Source: Opitutales bacterium (GTDB taxonomy: Bacteria > Verrucomicrobiota > Verrucomicrobiia > Opitutales > JABSRG01). Taken from it: a stretch of 36,017 nt of DNA. The DNA is taken from positions 1 to 36,017 of the forward strand of contig JABSRG010000040.1 of assembly GCA_013215165.1 (NCBI GenBank), given 5' to 3'. This document shows positions 28,878 through 36,017 of this stretch, one piece after another; the first letter of the stretch is position 1, and the number at the start of each line of letters is the position of its first letter. Position numbers and translations under genes: made by a program. The notes under the pieces were generated by a model. That model searched no databases, was not told the origin of the DNA, and worked only from the letters and a program-made list of their open reading frames with translations.

Positions 28878-29999
28878 TTAGATCATTTTGATCAAGTTTT
28901 TGCTGAGACCTTGTCCGTCTCCAACGAAGATTTGGAGGTCTGCTTTGTCTGTGATCTTTTCAACAGCTTCGAGCTCGCGGAGCCGCATCAAGATGGGGTT
29001 CTGCTCAATCAACTTTGCCGTATTGAGTTGGCTGCGCATGGCTGCGGTTTCTTCACGACGTTTGATGCCGTTGGCTTGGGCAGCCTTTTCGGCTTCGATG
29101 ACTTGATTGAGGATGTTCTTCATATCACCGGGAAGGATGATGTCGCGGATGCCGAGACCGTTGATCTCCAAGCCGTAGTCGGCAGCTTTACTCGCGAGAG
29201 CGAGCTGAGCCTCGTAAGTGACTGCGGCTTTGTCGGAGAGCACCGTGTCGAGTGTGCGTCCACCGATCTGAGCTCGGATGATGAGCTGGAGTTCTCGGTA
29301 GAGGGCTTGTTCAGCATCGGCAGTGGCCTCGGCAAGCAGGCGGACGTCTGTGATCCGGTAGGTTACCACAGCGTTTAACCGGAGTGTTACCTTATCGGCG
29401 GTCATGATATCCTGACCGGTGACGTCCAAGACTTTTTCCCTGAGGTCATGCGTGTAGATCTTTACCACTCCCACGTTCTTCCAGAAGACATGCCGTCCTG
29501 CAGGGAGCACTTCATGGAAGGCTCCATCGAGGTAGAGCACGCCCACCATGCCATCGACGATGTCATGTTGGTTCAATTGTGTAGCAGCAGAGGCTGCGCG
29601 GGTGATCACATTGAGATCTGAGTGAACAAACCGAGGACTAGTGATGTCGATCACCTCGACTGCCACTTGCATGACATTGCGTGCAAAGGCATAGAGTCCA
29701 GGCCCGAGGATGCTTTGGAATCGTCCATCTATCTGCACCAAAGCTCGCTGATCATCCTTCAAGTCGATGAAGTCAATTTTTTCAGCGGCTCCAGAGAGCT
29801 TCTGAAGCTGGCTCAGAATGGATGTGGATTCGTGAATCCAAGGATCACGTTCGGAGTGGATGCGGATGCCAACCAAGCCCTCGATATCAAGTCGGAGGTG
29901 ACGGCCGGTGCCGAGCAAGCCGACGACCTGTCCATCCCGTGTCTCGATACCGATGTGCTCGAAAGGAATCCGTGCGTATTGGATGAGCTTGATGTTCAT
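28878..29999 (-). CDS. SPFH/band-7 (stomatin/prohibitin-like) domain protein with atypical soluble N-terminal extension (start at MNIKLIQ; the ORF extends to 30056)
   Basis: The C-terminal half matches SPFH (TADKVTLRLNAVVTYRITD...IRAQIGGRTLDTVLSDKA...GLEINGLGIRDIILP...AEKAAQ..). No N-terminal TM is present. Confidence 0.65.
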   Translation of the reverse strand: MNIKLIQYARIPFEHIGIETRDGQVVGLLGTGRHLRLDIEGLVGIRIHSERDPWIHESTSILSQLQKLSGAAEKIDFIDLKDDQRALVQIDGRFQSILGPGLYAFARNVMQVAVEVIDITSPRFVHSDLNVITRAASAATQLNQHDIVDGMVGVLYLDGAFHEVLPAGRHVFWKNVGVVKIYTHDLREKVLDVTGQDIMTADKVTLRLNAVVTYRITDVRLLAEATADAEQALYRELQLIIRAQIGGRTLDTVLSDKAAVTYEAQLALASKAADYGLEINGLGIRDIILPGDMKNILNQVIEAEKAAQANGIKRREETAAMRSQLNTAKLIEQNPILMRLRELEAVEKITDKADLQIFVGDGQGLSKNLIKMI

Positions 30000-30387
30000 G
30001 GTTTTTATTTTGGGTTTGTGTTTCCCAGCCCTTGGGGCTGGAGGGCGGCGCTTCACCGCCGCCGCGGGATCTTAGAAATGAGAGGGACCCGAGAGAGGAG
30101 GACTCAATCCGCCCATCCCAGCTACTGATCGCGGAGTCTGGTTTGAGTGTGGGCGCGGAGTCCTTGTTACTTGCGATTCACGCCGAAGTAACTGACCACA
30201 GCGCAGAACGATTTGTAGCAAACGACGCCGCTTCCGCACGGTATCCACCGGACTGCTGGCGAGGTCGACTGTTGAGAGCGATTGGCATCGTTAGATGACT
30301 TATCGGTCTCAGATGTTGGGAGAGCATCCTCCCCTCATCGGGTGTTATTTTGGCTTTCTATGCCGGAGCCATTTTTAGTGGCGTGCG

Positions 30388-30459
30388 TGCGATAGGGCGG
30401 ATTCGAACCACCACTACAGGAGCCGTATTCCTGCGAGCTATCCATTACTCGACTATCTG
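30388..30459 (-). tRNA. tRNA-Arg (anticodon ACG) candidate
   Basis: Hand-folded cloverleaf. T arm GGTGG-TTCGAAT-CCGCC, D arm with GG, anticodon loop AU-ACG-GC. Acceptor pairs 1:72 and 2:71 are mismatched in my fold. Confidence 0.5.
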
Positions 30460-30460
30460 G

Positions 30461-30534
30461 TGTACTGTCCGGGATTTGAACCCGAGACGAATAGCTTATA
30501 AGGCTACTGCTCTACCGAACTGAGCTAACAGTGT
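30461..30534 (-). tRNA. tRNA candidate with anticodon UAU (Ile-like), CCA encoded
   Basis: D arm TAGCTCAGTTCGGTAGAGC, anticodon arm GTAGC-CTTATAA-GCTAT, T arm TCGGG-TTCAAAT-CCCGG. The top two acceptor pairs are again mismatched. Confidence 0.45.
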
Positions 30535-30606
30535 GGGCCCAGGCCGGATTTGAACCGGCGTCTTCCTCTCGATAGAGGCTACTCTACCTGACTGAGTTAC
30601 ACGAGC
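30535..30606 (-). tRNA. tRNA-like sequence, possibly a pseudogene (aberrant anticodon arm)
   Basis: Canonical T arm (GCCGG-TTCAAAT-CCGGC) and D arm (ACTC-AGTCAGGTA-GAGT). The anticodon region folds as a 5-bp stem with a 4-nt loop (CCTCT-atcg-AGAGG), and the acceptor pairs poorly. Confidence 0.3.
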
Positions 30607-31172
30607 CCGGTTTCAGATGGTGTTTCGAATGCCTCGCGGGACCCAGAGGGTCGACGGTCGTGCCGGATCTCTGCGCCGCAGGCCCACCATCGGAAAGTGA
30701 AAAGTGCTGTCGTCGGGTGATCGCGAGAGCGATTGCCACGAAGCGGAGAACTGCTGGCGCGGGCTAAAAAGTCAAAATGATGGGAAAGAACAGGGCATAA
30801 AAAAATCCAGGAGCTTTGGGCCGCCTGGACTGCTTTATCTGCTACGCGCTGAGTGTTATTTAATGCCATATCACTCGCATTTGCCTATGGCGTCGTCGCG
30901 TTTTAGATGAAGCAGTCCTGGGCCTTATTTCGCCTGTATGGTCCTGAGAGAACGAGTTGATCTCATTCGGGACACACAGGAGCCATGTGCGGCTGTAGGA
31001 TCTGTATATGTTTGTTTTCATGTGAAGGTGTGAAAATGAGTGAGGTTATTTGAGGACGCAACAATAAAATTACATAAAATATTGAATAATAAATACTTAA
31101 GAAATATTTAATGCACAGCCATGTTCGCATTTCGTCTCTTTCGAGAAAATGAAGCGAAATTTCGGTAGGCAC

Positions 31173-31207
31173 AAAAAAGGCCCGAAAGCTGGGGTGCTTT
31201 TCGGGCC
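31173..31207 (-). terminator. Rho-independent terminator on minus strand (GGCCCGAAA-loop-TTTCGGGCC followed by T6 in minus orientation)
   Basis: A 9-bp GC-rich stem is followed by TTTTTT when read on the minus strand. No annotated minus-strand gene lies upstream. Confidence 0.55.
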
Positions 31208-31462
31208 GGGTTTGGATGAATTGGGTTTATTGAGAAGTCCTACAGTAGGGTTCTTAATTTATCACGTTCACCACCCGGCCAGATGCACTCGACGCGCGTG
31301 TTCATTCCCGTGTGGAATGAGCCAGCGCTCCGTATGAGCTTTTGGTCTAGAGTTCGTGGATTCATGTTATGTGAAAAGGGGAATTGAGATTCTTTGCAGA
31401 TTGAGATGCGTCAAATGAAAAACAGATTGGCGCATCGATAAGCTTTAGAGATAATGGCGGGG

Positions 31463-31615
31463 ATGAAGCTCAGTATTTTAATTATAAGTCTTGTCGCGCT
31501 AGGTATGAGCGGCTGCGGTCCACGCGTTGAGAACGGCGTGACCATAGAAAAGAATGGTTGGTTTGGACTGGACGAGCAATCACGGCAGGTCCCTGAGATG
31601 GGTAATCCGGGGTAG
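31463..31615 (+). CDS. Small putative lipoprotein (about 50 aa; MKLSILIISLVALGMSGC...). Absent from the ORF track because it is under 60 aa.
   Basis: A signal peptide with a lipobox-like LGMSGC and a clean ORF to TAG at 31613. It sits at the left boundary of the 200-bp repeat. Confidence 0.35.
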   Translation: MKLSILIISLVALGMSGCGPRVENGVTIEKNGWFGLDEQSRQVPEMGNPG

Positions 31616-31678
31616 GCACTCTGGCATCGTCCGTCTGCTTTATCCGACAGTCGCCGCCGGAGACTTCGAAAGGAATAG

Positions 31679-31878
31679 ATCGGAAAGTCACCTGCCTCGT
31701 CTCAATCGAAGAGCGGCGCTCGGAACAGTATTGTTTGAAAATCCTGACCACAGCCAGCGCTTCGACGAAGAGAGAAGAGATCCCCCCAAAAATCTGTGCC
31801 CATCTGAGAAATCCATGGTTAAAAGAGTTTCAACCTCGCGCCCGCTTCGCTCGAGGTGCAGAGGCCGCAGAGAAAGTA
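31679..31878 (+). repeat. About 200-bp noncoding direct repeat, copy A (homology extends upstream into the lipoprotein gene 3' end)
   Basis: About 80% identical by eye to 34825–35022. Indels break every reading frame. A perfectly conserved core reads CTGTGCCCATCTGAGAAATCC(A/G)TGGTTAAAAGAG. Confidence 0.6.
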
Positions 31879-32087
31879 TACAATAAGCATTTACTGAAAA
31901 ATCATCCCCATCGCACAGTTTCTCCTGATAGCCACGGAGTAAAAAACATGCTGTTTCAACCCCAACAGCGAACCCATACCACCGGCAGGCCATCTCCAGC
32001 CGGTGCCCCAATGTTGGCTAACGCCGCCATCGGGGCACTTCAGCGTTCAGGAAAGCGTTTGACTTACACGTAAGATGGTTTGTCGTT

Positions 32088-32342
32088 GTGAGGATGACAA
32101 TAACTCTATCGACGAAAGGCCAGATCGTTGTTCCAAGCGAAATTCGTGCTAAACTCGGCTTGGTACCTGGCTGTTGCCTTTCGTGCGAAATCGATGCTGC
32201 AGGTAGGATTGTCTTAGATCCGCTGCTTGAAGACCGGAAGGCTGAGGTTGTGGGCTCCGGGGAAGATATCGCGCTTGTTGCTCCTGTAGGTTCACCGGAT
32301 ATGTCGCCGAAATTGGTGAAAGACATACTTTCGGAAATATGA
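32088..32342 (+). CDS. vapB: AbrB/MazE (SpoVT-AbrB) fold antitoxin VapB-like
   Basis: 84 aa (MRMTITLSTKGQIVVPSEIRAKLGL), with a 4-nt ATGA overlap with the downstream PIN gene. Confidence 0.7.
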   Translation: MRMTITLSTKGQIVVPSEIRAKLGLVPGCCLSCEIDAAGRIVLDPLLEDRKAEVVGSGEDIALVAPVGSPDMSPKLVKDILSEI

Positions 32343-32746
32343 GTCGCAAATCAGTATTGATCGACGTCAACCTGCTACTGGCAGTGGGTTGGAAGAGTCA
32401 TACTTTTCATCCCGAGGTGAAGGCTTGGCTTGATACGGGTGTCAAGGTTTCGACGTGTGCGATTACTGAGCTCGGCTTTTTGCGCGTGAGTATGAGTCCC
32501 GCCTTTCGCGCAGATTTTGCGAGTGCATCATCGGTTTGTTCTGCAATTACTTCCAGATACGCATTCGATTTTCTGCCTTGTGATTTGAGTCCATTAAGTA
32601 TGGCGAGTGTCAGTCGGCACCAAGACACCACAGATTCTTATTTGGTATCACTCGCCAGTTCTCATGAATTAAAGTTGGCGACATTAGACGATAAGCTGCT
32701 ATCTGCTGAGTGGGGGAAGGGCATGGCCTACAATCCGATTGCCTAG
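32339..32746 (+). CDS. vapC: PIN-domain ribonuclease toxin VapC-like
   Basis: 135 aa with conserved acidic positions (LIDVNLLLA, ITELGF, ATLDDKLL). Confidence 0.7.
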   Translation: MSRKSVLIDVNLLLAVGWKSHTFHPEVKAWLDTGVKVSTCAITELGFLRVSMSPAFRADFASASSVCSAITSRYAFDFLPCDLSPLSMASVSRHQDTTDSYLVSLASSHELKLATLDDKLLSAEWGKGMAYNPIA

Positions 32747-33309
32747 GGTCTGAACGGGCCGGTGCACTGAACGCTCTCAATGTCACTAAGTTCAGTGCTC
32801 ATTAGCTCGAAATAGGGTTAAAATTTCCTTTCTGATTTCCAGATGTTTCTGGGAATCGTTGGCCACTCTTTTCCGCGGTTGCGGTGTTCGCGGTTCGTGA
32901 CGGCCAGGGCGAATCGGGATTTTGTCTTTGAAGATCAGCTCCAAAAGCGCTTGGGTCGACTGGTCCCGTTTCGGTCGGTTCTGATGGATTAAGCTCCTGA
33001 ACTGTTTGAGCGTATCTATGCTGCCTGTGAAACTGAGCCAGCTCAGTGGGCGCGTTGAGGAGACTATGTGGCGTAGGCGCAAAGTGAATATTAGTTTGGA
33101 TGGCTGCTGCGCCTCATGAGCTAACGGGGTTTTGATTTATTCAATGAACACAGCCACGTCGATTATACTGCAAATCATTGTAATTCGGATGATGATCGAA
33201 GAAGCTCTTAAATCGTTTCATTATCGTTTCAATTTATCCTTTACGTTATCTTCGACCTCAATATATAAAAGAATTGGATCCAGGATTAATTGTTTCAACG
33301 AACTCTCTT

Positions 33310-34704
33310 ATGGGTAGCAAAAATTTGCTTAATTTCCTCAAAATCAACGGTCCTACTTTGTCGAGTGAGCTTGTGGACCGGTTGGGGATCAGTCGTGCAT
33401 CATTGTCTCGCCGCGTGCGAGAAGAGGGGAGTCGCATCGTGAGCATAGGGAAAGCTCGAGCCACTCGGCTTGCTGCTAGAGATGAAGGCTTGTCAGAGGC
33501 TGTGGCGCTTTATCAAGTCCAAACAAACGGTGAGGTTCTCTTTGTCGGGGCACTCCATGCTCTTGCAGACGGTGAGCACACGCAGTGGTATTTTGAATCC
33601 GAAGGGGGGCAGGAAAGCCTTATGGGAGGCGAGTTTAAACATGGATTATTTCCTGGGTGGCCTTGGTTTCTAGACGATATGCGACCGCAAGGGTTTCTAG
33701 GTCGCGCTTTTGGTAAGCGAATGGCAAAGCTTTTTCAGTATCAAGATAGCCCTGATACCTGGAGTGATCTACAGCTTTTGAATGCCCTCAAAGGGTTTGG
33801 ATGGAACTCGCATGGTAATTTTATTCTTGGCGATGCGAATGCATTGCAGGCGTTTCAAGCACATAAGTTGCGTGTGGCTGATGGCTTTTATAATAAAATT
33901 TCTCCTACAACATATCCTCAGCAAGCTCGCAAGGCTCTTGAGGAAGATGAAGCTTACGGCTCTTCTGCTGGAGGTGAACAGCCGAAGTTTACATCGATGG
34001 TGTGTGACGAAGAGCACTCTATGCCTCGTTCTGTGATTGTGAAATTCAGTCCAAAAATCGATACACCCGTGGGTAAGCGCTGGGCGGATTTGCTACATTC
34101 GGAAGATGTATCTAATCAGGTCCTACGAGAGATTGGATTTTCGGTAGCTGAAACGCGTATTTTTGTATTTGAATCACGCGTATTTTTGGAGTCATTACGT
34201 TTTGACCGAGCCGGTGCTTTGGGACGACGCGGCCTTGTGTCGTTACGCTCCTTGGATGCGGCCTACATTGGGACGGGGCAGGGCTCGTGGGCAAAGGTAG
34301 CTCGAGTATTACACACAGATGGCTGGATCAGCTCGGGCGACTGCCGACGCATCATTCAGTTACAGTGTTTTGGGGAACTTATCGGAAACTCCGACATGCA
34401 TTGGGGGAATCTAAGTTTCTTTCTCCCTAAAAATGGTTCATTCCCCCTAGCGCCTGTCTACGATATGTTGCCTATGTTCTTTCGCCCCACAAACACTGGA
34501 GAACTCCTAGAGCGCGTCTTCAAGCTTCGTTTGCCGAATCCAGAAGATCAAAATGAATGGTTGGAAATGCACTCACACGCGATGACTTTTTGGCGACGTA
34601 TTATAGATCATTCAGGAATCAGTAGGGATTTTAAAGCCATCGCAAAAGATGCCCTCGCTGCTGTGAATCGTCTTCCAGGTGTGGTGATGAGTAATAAAGC
34701 ATAA
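33310..34704 (+). CDS. YjjJ/HipH-like kinase: N-terminal HTH fused to a HipA-family Ser/Thr kinase domain (alternative start 33274)
   Basis: The HTH LLNFLKINGPTLSSELVDRLGISRASLSRRV mirrors the E. coli YjjJ N-terminus. HipA-like motifs are GSSAGGEQPKFT, NSDMHWGNLSF and APVYDMLP. Confidence 0.7.
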   Translation: MGSKNLLNFLKINGPTLSSELVDRLGISRASLSRRVREEGSRIVSIGKARATRLAARDEGLSEAVALYQVQTNGEVLFVGALHALADGEHTQWYFESEGGQESLMGGEFKHGLFPGWPWFLDDMRPQGFLGRAFGKRMAKLFQYQDSPDTWSDLQLLNALKGFGWNSHGNFILGDANALQAFQAHKLRVADGFYNKISPTTYPQQARKALEEDEAYGSSAGGEQPKFTSMVCDEEHSMPRSVIVKFSPKIDTPVGKRWADLLHSEDVSNQVLREIGFSVAETRIFVFESRVFLESLRFDRAGALGRRGLVSLRSLDAAYIGTGQGSWAKVARVLHTDGWISSGDCRRIIQLQCFGELIGNSDMHWGNLSFFLPKNGSFPLAPVYDMLPMFFRPTNTGELLERVFKLRLPNPEDQNEWLEMHSHAMTFWRRIIDHSGISRDFKAIAKDALAAVNRLPGVVMSNKA

Positions 34705-34824
34705 ACTAAGGCCTAAAATGATGGTAACACAGTGCTCAGAAACAATCGGAAGGCAGCTATCAATCAGTGGCTCATACTTGACGATATGGAAATGGATTTT
34801 TTTGGACTCGGACCACGTGAAACT

Positions 34825-35022
34825 GATCGGAAAGTGACCTGCCTCATCTCAATCAAAGACTGCCTCTCGAAAGTGCATTCTTTGAAACCCTGATCACAGA
34901 AAGCACTCCGACGAAGAGAAAAAAGGTCCCCTTAAAAAGATCTGTGCCCATCTGAGAAATCCGTGGTTAAAAGAGTCTTTACCTCGCGCCCGCTTCGCTC
35001 GAGACGCGGAGGCCGCAGAGAA
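34825..35022 (+). repeat. About 200-bp noncoding direct repeat, copy B (with degenerate remnant of the lipoprotein 3' end upstream, about 34790–34824)
   Basis: Aligns with 31679–31878. Relative to copy A it carries an upstream deletion of about 85 nt. Confidence 0.6.
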
Positions 35023-35148
35023 AATGTCACATGAAAATTGGGAAATAGGCAGTTCAATCGCGATAGAGTTTAGCCGTCAACAGACCGGTCATTGGCGAAT
35101 CGGGAATGCAGTCGAAAATATGGATGATTTGAGCTGAATCTTCAGGGC

Positions 35149-35574
35149 ATGAAGATATCAGGACGATTTGTTGATATAATATTAACTGTTCCGCAAAAGA
35201 TAATGAGATATTTTGTCTATACGCTAATGTATTTCGGAATTACAGTCTTGGTTTTTGCAGAGACTCCAGATGAGGCCGCAAAAAGAATAATTAAGAGCGA
35301 GTCTAGTTTTGGCTACAATCCAGTTGATGAAAGCAGTCAGGAGATGGTAAAGGCCACCGCTATTAATTCTAGGATGCGCTTGAATTGGTTGATGGTCCAT
35401 AGTGATAGTGTCACAGAAGAGCTTAGAATTTGCTATGCGCTCACCCTTATTCAAAAGAATCTGGAGTTTATGGAAAGCTCAAGGAGTGGTGTGCAAGCGC
35501 TACCTAAGGAGATCCAGCTACTTGAAGCCCAGAAACTGTTGGCAGACAGGTTACTTGTTATTCGGTCTCGGTGA
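35149..35574 (+). CDS. Hypothetical small secreted protein
   Basis: 141 aa with an N-terminal hydrophobic signal-like segment (MRYFVYTLMYFGITVLVFAETPDEA). AT-rich. Confidence 0.35.
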   Translation: MKISGRFVDIILTVPQKIMRYFVYTLMYFGITVLVFAETPDEAAKRIIKSESSFGYNPVDESSQEMVKATAINSRMRLNWLMVHSDSVTEELRICYALTLIQKNLEFMESSRSGVQALPKEIQLLEAQKLLADRLLVIRSR

Positions 35575-35619
35575 GACGAGGGGAGGGCCATTTACGTTGT
35601 TGCAGCCCTCGGGTCACAT

Positions 35620-35913
35620 AAAAAGGCGTTATAATACTGGGATGGGGCTGGTTGATATCGCGCGCGTGCCGCAGGGATCAGTAAGCAGCATCTGATGCGA
35701 CTGTATCGGCACCATTTTGGTTTTTCACCGATGAGCGATCTCTGGAGAGTTAGAATAGAGGCGAGTAAGCGCCTTCTTGCAGAAACAGGCCTCACTTCAG
35801 AAAAGATTGCATATCGCTGTGGCTTTCAGTCACCCTATCATTTTTCGAGAAAATTCAAAGAGTTGGTCCGAGTCGGTCCTAGAGAATTCAGAGTTCAGTG
35901 TTGGGAGGATTGA
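35620..35913 (+). pseudogene. AraC/XylS-family HTH domain remnant, frameshifted (only the C-terminal DNA-binding domain, split across two frames near 35690)
   Basis: The segments GLVDIARV (one frame) and AGISKQHLMRLYRHHFGFSPM...IAYRCGFQSPYHFSRKFKELVRVGPREF (another frame) together make a canonical AraC double HTH. A 1-nt indel sits in a GCGCGCGTG run. Confidence 0.5.
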
Positions 35914-36017
35914 ATTTCGGTTTTTAGCCAATTCCTAGCTGGGTATGACCAGAAGTGCGGGGAGAAAAATTTCGAATAATCGCATTTTATGGTGTACAAG
36001 CGTTCACAAGTTTGAAA

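Noticed and set aside
30597-30869. 90-aa minus-strand ORF overlapping the tRNA-like gene at 30535–30606
   Set aside because: It overlaps an RNA gene and has low-complexity composition.
30963-31337. Small ORFs (69 aa minus, 62 aa plus) in the AT-rich spacer
   Set aside because: AT-rich low-complexity sequence containing the terminator hairpin. No coding signal.
31554-32073. Two + strand ORFs (110 and 112 aa) inside the 200-bp repeat A
   Set aside because: The homologous copy B has indels and stops in the corresponding frames. The conservation is therefore at the nucleotide level, not the protein level.
32792-33082. 96-aa minus-strand ORF between vapC and the HipH-like gene
   Set aside because: No motifs, and basic low-complexity composition. 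It may be a gene remnant, but the evidence is insufficient to call a CDS.
1-36017. CRISPR arrays or IS elements with terminal inverted repeats
   Set aside because: No regularly spaced short direct repeats, and no transposase-like ORFs or terminal inverted repeats, were seen on either strand.

Overview
The window has three parts. The core (about 5.9–25.3 kb) is a complete, tightly packed division/cell-wall (dcw) cluster on the + strand: mraZ, rsmH, ftsL, ftsI, murE, murF, mraY, murD, a LysM gene, ftsW, murG, a murC-murB fusion, ddl, ftsQ, ftsA, ftsZ. Gene content, order and about 55% GC suggest a Verrucomicrobia-like (PVC) bacterium. The left flank (1–5.2 kb) is accessory-looking DNA on the minus strand: a low-GC FRG-domain gene, an M20D amidohydrolase, a canonical hipBA toxin–antitoxin pair, an ICMT-family membrane methyltransferase and tlyA. 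It also carries three copies of a roughly 60-nt REP-like repeat with a covarying hairpin. The right flank (25.4–36 kb) holds a sodium:solute symporter, a minus-strand run of an SPFH/band-7 protein plus two unknown proteins, and three abutting minus-strand tRNA-like genes. Beyond those lies an AT-rich island with a small lipoprotein gene, vapBC, a YjjJ/HipH-like HTH–HipA kinase fusion and an AraC pseudogene. Two roughly 200-bp divergent direct repeats bracket the toxin cluster. The most interesting candidates are the repeat-bracketed toxin island with the second HipA-family kinase, the two noncoding repeat families, the irregular tRNA trio, and the SPFH operon. All calls rest on motif recognition by eye; no database search was possible.
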